In this document: positions 30,903 through 40,593 of the stretch, one piece after another
How positions within the stretch are numbered: the stretch's first letter is position 1
How the letters are laid out: every line of letters begins with the position of its first letter
Notes under the pieces: generated by a model
Database searches by the model: none
What the model was told of the DNA's origin: nothing
Seen by the model: only the letters and a program-made list of their open reading frames with translations
Made by a program: the position numbers and the translations under genes
Assembly (NCBI GenBank): GCA_963763005.1
Contig: CAVXMI010000007.1
Location: 5,009 to 69,008, forward strand
Reading direction: 5' to 3'
Length of the DNA: 64,000 bases
From: an uncultured Actinomycetota bacterium
Lineage (GTDB): Bacteria > Actinomycetota > Actinomycetes > Mycobacteriales > Mycobacteriaceae

Positions 30903-32615
30903 GTGCCCACCGACGAGAGCGGCTCGGCTTTTGCCGGGCTCGGCCAGCCTGGGCTGGTAGGCAGGATGCACGAGCAGCTCGACGAGTTGCTGGCTGCGCG
31001 CAATCAAATGGAGCAATTGCTGCGCGTAATCGTCGAGATCAGTTCAGATCTCGACCTCGACGCAACTCTGCGTCGGATCATCCTCGCGGCCAGGGAATTG
31101 ACCTCGGCTCCCTACGGCGCAGTGGCTGTCCGTGATCCCGAGGGAACGTTGGTCTCGTTTGTCCACGGGGGGATGGAGGCTGACACGGTTCAGCGGATCG
31201 GGCATCTGCCGGTTGGCAAGGGCGTTCTGGGTGTTTCGCTCGTCGAAACACCAGCGCTGCGTCTGGATGATCTGACCATGCATCCGGCTGCCTGCGGGTT
31301 CCCGGAGCACCACCCTCCCATGCGTGCTTTTCTTGGGGTGCCGATCACGATCCGGGGGACAGTATTCGGCAGCCTGTATCTGACCCATGACGATCCGGCG
31401 CGGGTGTTCTCTGCATCAGATGAGTTCGCCGCTCGCGCGTTGGCGTTTGCGGCCGCGGTCGCCATCGATAATGCGCAACTATTCCAGCGCGAGCGGACGT
31501 CGGTGAAGTGGATGGAGGCCAGCCGCGAGATCACTGCTGCGCTGCTGTCCAGCACCGAGCCGCACCGGCGCCCTTTGCAGTTGATCGCTGAACGTGCATG
31601 CGCGCTGACCGATGCCGAGCAGGCGATCGTTCTCGTTCCGATCGACTCCGACCTGCCCGTTGACGAAATCGACACCCTGGTGGTGTCTGCCGCGGTCGGG
31701 CTGCATGCCTCTGAGGTGATCGGCGAGCGGGTTCCGGTGGACGGCTCCACCAGCGGTTCCGTTTTTCGATCCGGTGAACCGCTGATCACCGAGAGGTTGA
31801 GTTACCCGATTCAGGCATTCACCGATGTCGCACAGCGCTCCGCGATCGTGATGCCGCTGCGCGCCAACGATGAAGTCGCCGGGGTGATTGCCATCGCGCG
31901 CGGTACGGACCAGCCACCATTCGACACCAGTTATCTCGACCTGGTGAGCCAGTTCGCCACTCACGCAGCGATAGCACTCATGCTCGCGTCAGGCCGCCAG
32001 AATGCGCGACAGCTAACTATTCTGGCCGAGCGCGAGCGCATCGCGCACGACTTGCACGACCATGTCATCCAAAGGCTGTTCGCCGCAGGCATGGATCTGC
32101 AGGGCACGCTTGCCAGGGCACGCTCACCGGAGGTCATCGACCGGCTCAACCGCACACTGGATGGCCTGCAAACCGTCATCGAGGAGATCCGCACCACCAT
32201 CTTCCAGCTAAAATCCCCATCGGGGCACGATGGCGGTTTTCGGCACCGGATTCAGCGTGTGGTTGCCGACCTGACCGAGAATCGTGACATCGTCACCGCC
32301 GTGCAGATGCACGGACCGTTGACGGCCGTTGGCGGCGAACTTGCCGAGCACGCCGAAGCGGTCACCACCGAAGCCATCAGCAACGCCATTCGCCATTCTG
32401 GCGCAACCCGGCTGACCGTCGAGGTCAGTGTCGCTGACATGTTCACTGTCGGCATCATCGACAACGGCTGTGGCGTGCCCGCCGACAATCCGCGCCGCAG
32501 CGGCTTAGCCAATATGAAGCACCGCGCTGAACAACTCGGTGGCACCTGCGAGATCATCACACCACCTGAGGGTGGCACCCGGGTCCACTGGACTGCTCCG
32601 CTGATCGACCCCTAA
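30903..32615 (+). CDS. dosT: GAF-GAF histidine kinase of the DosS/DosT family
   Basis: GFPEHHPPMRAFLGVPI (heme GAF-A segment), HDLHDHVIQRLF phospho-His, SNAIRH and DNGCG. The start at GTG 30903 after GGAGG is inferred. Confidence 0.88.
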   Translation: MPTDESGSAFAGLGQPGLVGRMHEQLDELLAARNQMEQLLRVIVEISSDLDLDATLRRIILAARELTSAPYGAVAVRDPEGTLVSFVHGGMEADTVQRIGHLPVGKGVLGVSLVETPALRLDDLTMHPAACGFPEHHPPMRAFLGVPITIRGTVFGSLYLTHDDPARVFSASDEFAARALAFAAAVAIDNAQLFQRERTSVKWMEASREITAALLSSTEPHRRPLQLIAERACALTDAEQAIVLVPIDSDLPVDEIDTLVVSAAVGLHASEVIGERVPVDGSTSGSVFRSGEPLITERLSYPIQAFTDVAQRSAIVMPLRANDEVAGVIAIARGTDQPPFDTSYLDLVSQFATHAAIALMLASGRQNARQLTILAERERIAHDLHDHVIQRLFAAGMDLQGTLARARSPEVIDRLNRTLDGLQTVIEEIRTTIFQLKSPSGHDGGFRHRIQRVVADLTENRDIVTAVQMHGPLTAVGGELAEHAEAVTTEAISNAIRHSGATRLTVEVSVADMFTVGIIDNGCGVPADNPRRSGLANMKHRAEQLGGTCEIITPPEGGTRVHWTAPLIDP

Positions 32616-32775
32616 CACGCTGGCTCCGGAATGGGCGGGCTTCATTGGGCCTGGCCTCGGTCGGTCTGTACCCGAGCTATGTTGGCTGGATCGCCGCGCC
32701 GAGCGGGCCGCCACCCACCCCGCGGTAGACGGCAAGGTAGCGTCGTTGCGCGCCGGGGTCAGTCGAAGCTAGCCG

Positions 32776-33594
32776 TCATGTACGCACCACGAGTACCGAA
32801 CATCCGCGGTGGCGGGGCAAGTGGTGAGTGACTGGACCGACCATTCGTGTAACCTCGCCCGCCTGGTCGCTGCCCACTACGGCCAGTTGAATAGGTTCCT
32901 CGGTAGCGGTGAGAAATTCGGCAGCTCCGCGTCGCGCGGCAGCCGGTTGGACATGCACATCACGATACTCAGACACCCAGCGGCTAAGCCGTCGATCCAT
33001 CTGCTGGTAAGGAATTTCACCCAAACCCCATCGCCAGACTCCCAGTGCCAGAATCGGTGCCTTACGAAGTCGCGCTTCCCGGAAGCCGTGCTCGAGCACC
33101 GCGTCGTTGCCGGGTGAATCGTCGACGACGACGGCGATCCAGTCGGAATCTGAGGTCGCAGCGTCGCGGTTGGTGCGGATGATTGCCGCCGGGCATTGGG
33201 CCTCCTGAGCCACCGCGTGGGCGGTCGAGCCGAGGACCTTGCGGGCGACACGTCCGATCCCCGCGGATCCTACGCAAATCATTGCCGCGCGCCGTGATTC
33301 GTCGATCAAGGCACTTTCAGGTGATCCGTGTACAACATTGGTTTCAATCTTGACCGGCTCTTCCATGGCATGGAGCGCAGCTGTGGCGGCGCGCAGCGCC
33401 GTTTCGCCGTATTCGATATCCAGGCTGACATCATCTGCGGGTGCCCCAGCCTGTCGTTCGGGGATGGCATGGATCAGCCGTAGCGGGATGTCGCGGCAGG
33501 TGGCCTCGGCGACCGCCCACTTGGCGGCATTGATCGCGGCGTCCGAACCGTCGATACCTACGACGATCCGCTTTGGTGACTGCGGATGGTTCAT
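32776..33594 (-). CDS. Universal stress protein (Rv2624c-like)
   Basis: RIVVGIDGSDAAINAA, MICVGSAGIG...LGSTA and CSVLVVR motifs. Confidence 0.9.
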   Translation of the reverse strand: MNHPQSPKRIVVGIDGSDAAINAAKWAVAEATCRDIPLRLIHAIPERQAGAPADDVSLDIEYGETALRAATAALHAMEEPVKIETNVVHGSPESALIDESRRAAMICVGSAGIGRVARKVLGSTAHAVAQEAQCPAAIIRTNRDAATSDSDWIAVVVDDSPGNDAVLEHGFREARLRKAPILALGVWRWGLGEIPYQQMDRRLSRWVSEYRDVHVQPAAARRGAAEFLTATEEPIQLAVVGSDQAGEVTRMVGPVTHHLPRHRGCSVLVVRT

Positions 33595-33682
33595 TGCATC
33601 CTCTCGCTCGGACAGCTGGGCCACCGGGATACCCCCGGAGCCCATCAATCCGAGACGTTATTGCGCGCGGCCGGCTTTCCAG

Positions 33683-33702
33683 CAGGGCACTTTGGCCCCC
33701 CT
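33683..33702. promoter_or_regulatory. DosR-box-like site
   Basis: CAGGGCACTTTGGCCCCCTT in the divergent USP-USP intergenic region. Confidence 0.55.
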
Positions 33703-33950
33703 TTCGGGGAAATGGTCACCTGCCGGCCTCCTTCACTCGACCTCGATGGTGCGTCGGGCGGGAGACGAACGCACCTAACCATGGCATTCGACGCCGATGC
33801 GTCTGTGACCACGCTGTCGAGGTCGAAGATCGCCGCTTCGTGGTAGCGCCCGTCGCTGGTGGCCGGCCATTCGGTCAGCTTTGTGACGATGCCACAGGGT
33901 GAGCCCCGATCGAGCCCAAGCGATCCAACGAAGGTCTCACGTCCGTGTGG

Positions 33951-33970
33951 TTTGGGACTAAAGCCTCACG
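33951..33970. promoter_or_regulatory. DosR box
   Basis: TTTGGGACTAAAGCCTCACG, 49 nt upstream of ATG 34020. Confidence 0.75.
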
Positions 33971-34019
33971 ACCGACAACTGTCCGGGCAATAGAGTTTTC
34001 GGTGACTGAGGAGAACGAA

Positions 34020-34916
34020 ATGTCTGCACCCGTAAAGCATCATGGCATCGTTGTCGGAGTCGATGGGTCTGCCGCGTCGAATGCCGCCGTCTGTTGGGCA
34101 GCCCGTGAAGCGGCGATGCGCCATGTTCGGCTGACCTTGGTCCATATGGTGAACGCCGCCGTGCCGACGTGGCCGGAGATGCCGCTGGCACCCGGAATTG
34201 CGGTATGGCAGGAAGAGGACGGCCGCCAAGTCCTTGAGCAGGCGGTCAAGATCGCCGATGGCGTCTTGTCGACAGACCCGAGGATCGCCATCAAGAGCGA
34301 GCTGAGGTGTTCGCCACCTGTCCCGACGCTGGTCGATCTGTCCGAAGAGGCAGAGATGGTGGTCGTTGGCAGCTACGGGCGTGGAGCGGTGGGCCGGGTT
34401 TTGCTGGGTTCGGTTAGTTCCGGCGTGGTACGACGTGCGAGCTGTCCAGTCGCGGTGATTCGCGACGAAGATCCGTCGATGCCTCATCCCGCTGATCCCG
34501 AGCAAGCTCCGGTAGTCGTGGGAATCGATGGCTCGCCGGCCTCGGAACTTGCGACGGCTATCGCGTTCGACGAAGCTTCGCGGCGCGGTGTCGAACTGAA
34601 CGCAGTGCATGCGTGGAGCGATATTGAGGTGGTCGACCTCCCGGGGTTGGACTGGTCGGCGGTGAGGTCGGAAGCGGAGCGGGCTCTGGCCGAACGTCTG
34701 GCGGGCCGGCAAGAGCGCTACCCCGATGTCACGGTGCACCGACTCGTCGTTTGTGATCGGCCGGCCCGGCAGCTGATCAAACAGTCGCGATCGGCCCAGC
34801 TCGTCGTCCTTGGTAGCCATGGCCGAGGTGGTTTTACCGGCATGCTGCTGGGTTCGGTCAGCAACGCGGTCGTTCACTCGATCCGTACGCCCGTGATCGT
34901 GGCGCGGCCGTCGTAA
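34020..34916 (+). CDS. Universal stress protein (Rv2005c orthologue)
   Basis: HHGIVVGVDGS, GSYGRG...LGSVSS and GSHGRGGFTGMLLGSVS motifs. Confidence 0.95.
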   Translation: MSAPVKHHGIVVGVDGSAASNAAVCWAAREAAMRHVRLTLVHMVNAAVPTWPEMPLAPGIAVWQEEDGRQVLEQAVKIADGVLSTDPRIAIKSELRCSPPVPTLVDLSEEAEMVVVGSYGRGAVGRVLLGSVSSGVVRRASCPVAVIRDEDPSMPHPADPEQAPVVVGIDGSPASELATAIAFDEASRRGVELNAVHAWSDIEVVDLPGLDWSAVRSEAERALAERLAGRQERYPDVTVHRLVVCDRPARQLIKQSRSAQLVVLGSHGRGGFTGMLLGSVSNAVVHSIRTPVIVARPS

Positions 34917-34956
34917 GGTACGGGTCGCATGTGTCCCGCTCTGATTTGCCGCGTGC

Positions 34957-34976
34957 GTTGGGACCTTGGGCACTGA
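34957..34976. promoter_or_regulatory. DosR-box-like site
   Basis: GTTGGGACCTTGGGCACTGA just upstream of the Rv2004c orthologue. Confidence 0.5.
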
Positions 34977-34989
34977 ACAATTTGGAGTC

Positions 34990-36507
34990 ATGGAGGTCGC
35001 GATCACCGCCGACAGGTTTGCCGAGTCACCGACGACGGCTGGGCTGCCGTACGTCGATGTGCACGAAACTCACACGGGTGTGGTGGTGCTGGCCGGCGAC
35101 CGAGCGTACAAGGCGAAGAAGCCGGTGTTTACTGACTTTCTCGATTTCCGCACACCCGAGGGGCGCGAGCGGGCGTGTTTGCGGGAAGTCGAGTTGAACA
35201 GCCGGCTGTCTCCCGGTAGTTATCTTGGGGTCGCATATCTCACCGACCCAACCGGAGGTCCTGCCGAACCGGTCGTAGTCATGCGGCGCTATCGCGACAA
35301 CGACCGGTTGGCGTCCATCGTCACGGGCGGCCTGCCCGGCGAGTCCGTTCAGGGTGTACTTGACACCATCGCCGGCGTGTTGGCTCGCTTCCACGAGCAT
35401 GCCGAGCGGAGTCCGTTAATTGATGCCAACGGCAAGGCCGGCGCGATCGACCAACGCTGGAGTGAGAACCTGTCGGAACTCCACCGCTATGCGGGCATGG
35501 CGATTACGGGCATCTCGAGCGAGTCGATCGGGCGGATTCAGCATCTTGCCGCCGAATTCATTTCGGGTCGTGCACTTCTGTTCACGCGCCGGATCGAGGA
35601 AGGATGCATCGTCGATGGCCACGCCGATCTGCTCGCCGACGATATCTTTTGGGTGGACGGCGAACCGGCCCTGCTCGATTGCCTGGAATTCGATGACCAA
35701 CTCCGCTACGTCGACCGCATCGATGACGCCGCATTCCTCGCGATGGACCTGGAGTTCTTGGACCGCAAAGACCTTGGCGACTACTTCCTCGGACGCTACA
35801 TCGCCCACTCGGCCGATACGGCACCGCCGTCGCTGCGGGACTTCTACATCGCCTATCGCGCGGTGGTACGGGCGAAGGTCGACTGCGTGCGACTGTCGCA
35901 AGGCAAATCGGAAGCCACGGTGGACGCCGCGCGGCACCTCGCCATCGCCACCCAGCACCTGGAGAACGGCGCTATTCGGCTGGCGCTCGTGGGTGGCAAT
36001 CCAGGCACCGGTAAGTCGACCCTGGCGCGCGGGCTCGCCGAACAAGTTGGGGCGCAGGTTATCTCAACTGATGACGTGCGCCGGGAACTGCGGGAATCGG
36101 GCGCCATCACCGGCGAGCCGGGTGTTCTGGACGCAGGACTATATGGCCCGGGCAACGTCACGGCCGTCTACGAGGAAGCACTACGCCGAGCACGTCTGTG
36201 TTTGATCAGTGGGCAATCAGTGATCTGCGACGGCACCTGGCGAGATCCGCACATTCGCGGCCACGCCTATCGCCTCGCCGCGGAAGCACATTCTCAGATA
36301 ATCGAACTCATGTGCTCGGCGACGGTCGAGACGACCACCGACAGAATCGAAACCAGGGCGGCGGGCAACTCCGACGCTACTCCCGAGATCGCCGCGGCCC
36401 TGGCTGCTCGGCAGAACGCCTGGGACACGGCATACCGAATAGACACCTCGCAGCCGCTTCAGTCGTCGGTGCGTAAGGCACACGATGTCTGGCGTCGATC
36501 GATCTGA
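34990..36507 (+). CDS. Aminoglycoside-phosphotransferase-like / AAA kinase fusion (Rv2004c orthologue)
   Basis: DVHETHTGVVVLAGDRAYKAKKPV, DGHADLLADDIF, LDCLEF and Walker A GGNPGTGKST. Confidence 0.93.
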   Translation: MEVAITADRFAESPTTAGLPYVDVHETHTGVVVLAGDRAYKAKKPVFTDFLDFRTPEGRERACLREVELNSRLSPGSYLGVAYLTDPTGGPAEPVVVMRRYRDNDRLASIVTGGLPGESVQGVLDTIAGVLARFHEHAERSPLIDANGKAGAIDQRWSENLSELHRYAGMAITGISSESIGRIQHLAAEFISGRALLFTRRIEEGCIVDGHADLLADDIFWVDGEPALLDCLEFDDQLRYVDRIDDAAFLAMDLEFLDRKDLGDYFLGRYIAHSADTAPPSLRDFYIAYRAVVRAKVDCVRLSQGKSEATVDAARHLAIATQHLENGAIRLALVGGNPGTGKSTLARGLAEQVGAQVISTDDVRRELRESGAITGEPGVLDAGLYGPGNVTAVYEEALRRARLCLISGQSVICDGTWRDPHIRGHAYRLAAEAHSQIIELMCSATVETTTDRIETRAAGNSDATPEIAAALAARQNAWDTAYRIDTSQPLQSSVRKAHDVWRRSI

Positions 36508-36539
36508 CACCCGCAGTGTGGGCTGAAAGGAGAACCGAC

Positions 36540-36930
36540 GTGCCAACGAACACAGATGTCACCGCCTATGCCGCAGACTTCTCGACATTGCGCCTGAGCC
36601 ATGCCGAGGAGGCCGGCGGTAAGGGCGCCAACCTGGGCGAGCTGGTCGCCGCCGGGTTACCGGTTCCGCGGGGGTTCGTCCTGCTACAGAACAGCTATCG
36701 CACGTCGATGCGGCACTGACTGCCTTGTGGCCGTGCGGTCTTCGGCAGCGATTCCGATATTTGTGCCGAGCTATTCGACGAATCCGATGGCGCTGTGCTC
36801 GATGCCATCGGTCGCATCGTGACCATAGCGCGCAAGCACGGCATCACCTCGTCGCTGTGCGGCCAGGCCCCTTCGACCAACCCGGCGGACAGTCGCGGCC
36901 GCCGAACGGCGGTTGCTGCTGGACTCAGCC
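36540..36930 (+). pseudogene. ppsA: Phosphoenolpyruvate synthase collapsed by deletions
   Basis: AAGGAG SD + GTG; AGGKGANLGELVAAGLPVPRGFV (PPDK_N), then VAVRSSA, then C-terminal LDAIGRI...GITSSLCGQAPS, in different frames within about 0.4 kb. Confidence 0.8.
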
Positions 36931-37110
36931 TGTGGTCGCGGCCGACTGGCACCACCGACGATGGTTACATCGCGGCTGGGCTACAATCGCTTTCGCTGCA
37001 AAGGAACCAAATGCTCCCGTCGGTGAGGATCAACGGCTCTGTCGGCGTGCGACACGTAATTCCAAGTGTCTTCTGAATGCGAGAACCACAGATTCATTGG
37101 GATGGTTGAC

Positions 37111-38100
37111 ATGACAGCGACGGTGCCCGATTCGGGGGTCATCCGGGACGCGGTGATGCTCGCGTGTCGTGCACCTTCGCTGCATAACAGCCAGCCCTGG
37201 CGGTGGGTTGCCGAAGGCGCGACTCTGCAGCTGTGGGCCGATCCCCGCCGGTTGATGCCGGCTACCGACCACACGGGCCGGGAACTGACGTTGAGCTGCG
37301 GCGCCGTCCTAGACCACCTGCGGGTCGCCATGGCCGCTGCTCGATGGGACAGCGTCACGGAACGGTTCCCCAATCCGGATAACCCGGATCATCTGGCGAC
37401 ACTGCAGTTCCGGCCCGTGGAGACCGTCACGGAGGCATACCGGCTGTGGGCGGATGCGATCCGTCTGCGCCGCACCGACCGATTACCGTTCGGTGCGCCA
37501 GTCGCCTGGCCGGCGCTGGAGTCGGTGCTGTCCCGCACGGTGATTCCGTACGAGGTGATGCTGGATGTGGTGGCCGACGATGAGCGGCCAAGGTTGGCCG
37601 AGGCGTCTCAGCTCACCGAGACGCTGCGCCGCTACGACACGTCGTATCTGTCCGAACTGCGATGGTGGACCTCGCCGTTCGAGTCGGACACCACCCATGT
37701 GCCAGAAAGCGCTCTGCTGTCCAGCTCGGAAGCCGCCCGAGTCGATATCGCCCGCGCGTTTCCCCCGGCAGGTGGGGGCCACCGGCGCGCCACCGTGGAC
37801 CACGACCACTCCAAAATCCTGGTGCTCTCGACTCATCATGACGACGCCCCGCTGGACGTATTGCGCTGCGGTGAGGCGTTGTCGGCTGTACTGCTCGAGT
37901 GCACCGTGGCCGGCATGGCCACCTGCACATTGACCCATATGACGGAGATGTCAATGAGCCGCAACATCATCGCGCAGATCACCGGAACGGCCGGCCGGCC
38001 GCAGCTGCTGATCCGGGTCGGTAGACCGCCGGGGAACGACCAACATGTCAAACCCACCGCTCGGCGTCCGATAGCCGAAGTCCTCGATTTCCGCGATTGA
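37111..38100 (+). CDS. acg: Acg-family nitroreductase-like protein
   Basis: [35 protein letters not shown] and HSKILVLST; the closest of the three to recalled Rv2032. Confidence 0.9.
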   Translation: MTATVPDSGVIRDAVMLACRAPSLHNSQPWRWVAEGATLQLWADPRRLMPATDHTGRELTLSCGAVLDHLRVAMAAARWDSVTERFPNPDNPDHLATLQFRPVETVTEAYRLWADAIRLRRTDRLPFGAPVAWPALESVLSRTVIPYEVMLDVVADDERPRLAEASQLTETLRRYDTSYLSELRWWTSPFESDTTHVPESALLSSSEAARVDIARAFPPAGGGHRRATVDHDHSKILVLSTHHDDAPLDVLRCGEALSAVLLECTVAGMATCTLTHMTEMSMSRNIIAQITGTAGRPQLLIRVGRPPGNDQHVKPTARRPIAEVLDFRD

Positions 38101-38295
38101 CGGGCGGGTGCTGAAAGAGGTATCGCCGATGACTCGGCATTGGTTGGTGATGGAGACCGCCGGATAAGGGGTCCAGGCGCCGTTCGTCGCCCGATTGGCG
38201 GGTGCTGGCCGGCATCTGCCCGAGACTCACCTCACGGCAGATGAATTTTGGTTCACCGCTGATCCGCTGACCTTCCCAAGCACTGCGATGGCGCG

Positions 38296-38688
38296 CTAGC
38301 TGTTGCGCCTGACTTTGAGCGCGGCGGTGATCATCGGAATCTGCAGCGGCAGCCGTGCCAGCGCGACGATGCGCATCGGCCAGGGCTTATCCCACCACAG
38401 CCGAACCATGTTGAGGTTCCCCGGAAAGACGGCGACGAACAGCGCTGCGGCCGCCAGCGCGGCGAATCGCCGGGTGCGTCGCGGCAGCAGCAGCGATCCG
38501 ATGGCTAGCTCGGCGACCCCCGATCCGTAGGTGTAGAGCCGCGGACTTCCGGGCAGCTCGGCAGGGATGATGTCGTCGAACGGTTTGGGCGCCACGAAGT
38601 GGGTGGTGCCCACGCCGATCAACAGCGCGGCGATCCGGTATGCGGCGATCTGGTTGGGGTCACGCTGAGCTATCGGTGGGGTGGTCAT
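38296..38688 (-). CDS. DoxX-like small membrane protein
   Basis: GVGTTHFVAPKPFDDIIPAELPG...SGVAE...FVAVFPGN...RLPLQ. Confidence 0.8.
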   Translation of the reverse strand: MTTPPIAQRDPNQIAAYRIAALLIGVGTTHFVAPKPFDDIIPAELPGSPRLYTYGSGVAELAIGSLLLPRRTRRFAALAAAALFVAVFPGNLNMVRLWWDKPWPMRIVALARLPLQIPMITAALKVRRNS

Positions 38689-38895
38689 AGTCACATTGTG
38701 TCGCGCGCCCGGCGGGGGCGGCCACGATGAGGCGGTGCGGGGTGAATTCCACACGGCTGCAGCTCTGGCCACCGTCACCGGCCGGGTGTTCTCCCCAGAG
38801 ACCGCGCGAAGTTGCGTCGTGAGGTGAGCGCAGAGTATTTCCCAGCACCGGCTCGCCAGCCTCCGCAGCTTTCCCGGGTCTGCTGCGGGCGCGAC

Positions 38896-39801
38896 TCAGC
38901 GCAGGGACCGCTGCCAGGAAAGAATGCGTTCGGCGAGCTCAGGCCCGCTGTCCTCCTGGATGAAGTGGCTGGCGTTGATTCGGGCGTGCGGCTGGCCCGC
39001 CGCGCCGGGGATGTGTTCGATCAGAGGTTGGTCGGTTCGCCCGAGGATCGGGTCGCGATGTCCGAAGATCGCGAGGAAGGGTTTCTCCCATCGGCCGAGG
39101 GTGTCCCATGCGGCCCGATTGGCCGGAACCGCCGGATCGTCGGGTGAGGTCGGCACCAGCTGCGGGAAAGCACGGGCGCCCGCTTGGTACCGCTTGTCGG
39201 GGAAGGGCGCGTCGTAGCCGGCCCGCACATCGGCGGGAACCTTGTGAACGGTCCCGACGCCCACGAGGCGACCTGCGGGCAGCACAGGGGAGTAGCGCGC
39301 GAAGGCCCGCCATATGCGGAAGGCGGGCGGGGTGCGCAGCTGCGCGGTGGGAAGGAAACCGTTGGCTACCACGAGCCGCGCGATCCGGTCACCCTGCTCG
39401 GCCGCGATGCGCAGACCTATCAGCGACCCCCAGTCCTGCACGACGAGCGTGACATCCTTCAGGTCGAGGTTCTCAAACCACGAGGTCACCCACTCGACGT
39501 GCCGCAGGTAGGTGTAATCCTCGATGCGGCTGGGCTTGTCGGAGCGGCCGAAGCCGATCAGATCCGGCGCGAGCACCCGGTTCCCGCCGTCGGCGAGCGG
39601 CGGAATCATCGTCCGGTACAGGTAGCTCCAGGTGGGCTCGCCGTGCAGCAGCACGATCGGCGGTCCGTCGGCAGGACCCTCGTCGACGTAGTGCATTCGC
39701 AACCGCTGGGCGTCGCTTGCCGCCACGTCCACGTAATGCGGTGTGAACGGATAGTCGACCAGGTTTTCAAAGCGGGATTCCGGGGTTTTCAGGACATCCA
39801 T
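38896..39801 (-). CDS. dhmA: Haloalkane dehalogenase (Rv2296/DhmA type)
   Basis: [25 protein letters not shown], nucleophile VQDWGS and HFIQED. Confidence 0.93.
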   Translation of the reverse strand: MDVLKTPESRFENLVDYPFTPHYVDVAASDAQRLRMHYVDEGPADGPPIVLLHGEPTWSYLYRTMIPPLADGGNRVLAPDLIGFGRSDKPSRIEDYTYLRHVEWVTSWFENLDLKDVTLVVQDWGSLIGLRIAAEQGDRIARLVVANGFLPTAQLRTPPAFRIWRAFARYSPVLPAGRLVGVGTVHKVPADVRAGYDAPFPDKRYQAGARAFPQLVPTSPDDPAVPANRAAWDTLGRWEKPFLAIFGHRDPILGRTDQPLIEHIPGAAGQPHARINASHFIQEDSGPELAERILSWQRSLR

Positions 39802-39899
39802 GCATCTGCTCCTTCGGAGGACTGGCTCAATGAAGTTCGCGGCGTCACCGCAAGCCTGCCGTCGCGGCGCGACTGCGTCCACTAAACGCCTAGCGGGGT

Positions 39900-40404
39900 T
39901 TATCTGAGTTGTGCCAGCCAGATCGTGTGGAGGCCGCAACAGGGGTCTTCCGCAACGTGCGCTATCACGTCGAACCCATTGTCGTGCAGAAGCACACGAT
40001 ATTCGGCACTGTCGAGGCTTGCGTGGTAGAGAGGCTCGCCCTGGTAGGTGCCAATCTGCTCGCCGGCCGATTGGCCGCTGGTGAACATCAGTGCAGCACC
40101 CGGTGCGGCGTGGTGCTTGAAGATCGGGAACATCCGGCGTTGGTCAGCCTCGGAAAGGCGAAAAAAGCTGTCCCAGGCGACAAGTCCGTCGAATGTGTGG
40201 TTCAGGGCCAAATTGCGCATGTCGGCGACATGCCATTCGTGTTCTGGGAAGCGATCCACGCACATGGCGATCATCCGGACGCAGAGTCAAAAGCCGGTCA
40301 AGCCAATCCTTTTCAAGCAGACGATCGCCACGATCACGCGACCAAGCGGCAGCGTGACGTTGATAGATTTCGATCACCCGGCCCGCAGCCGTCGACTCAA
40401 TCAA
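39900..40404 (-). pseudogene. Class I SAM methyltransferase lacking motif I
   Basis: The N-terminus IEIYQRHAAAW...EKDWLDRLL joins out of frame to MIAMCVDRFP...DMR...FDGLVAWDSFF; the LDxGCG segment is absent. Confidence 0.7.
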
Positions 40405-40593
40405 CGTGGATCTCAGGTGAAGTTCGGGTAGGCGAGGTGCACGCTGCAGACCAGGCACCCGACGATGTAGGCGGCCGGCTGCCCCCCTCGTCGAGCACCT
40501 CGAGATGGTCTGCTGCGGACATCCCACCCGTGGTTGGTCTATGGCGTCTAGCATGTGCGTGGAGCACGCGGCTACTGCCAGGCAGGAGATTCT

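Noticed and set aside
30762-38169. 15-nt near-repeat GACCGCCGGAT(C/A)AGG downstream of two acg genes (30762 and 38155)
   Set aside because: Short and GC-rich, at different distances from the stops; chance cannot be excluded.
11340-38290. Island as an integrative mobile element
   Set aside because: No integrase, tRNA target, transposase or flanking direct repeat seen at either edge.
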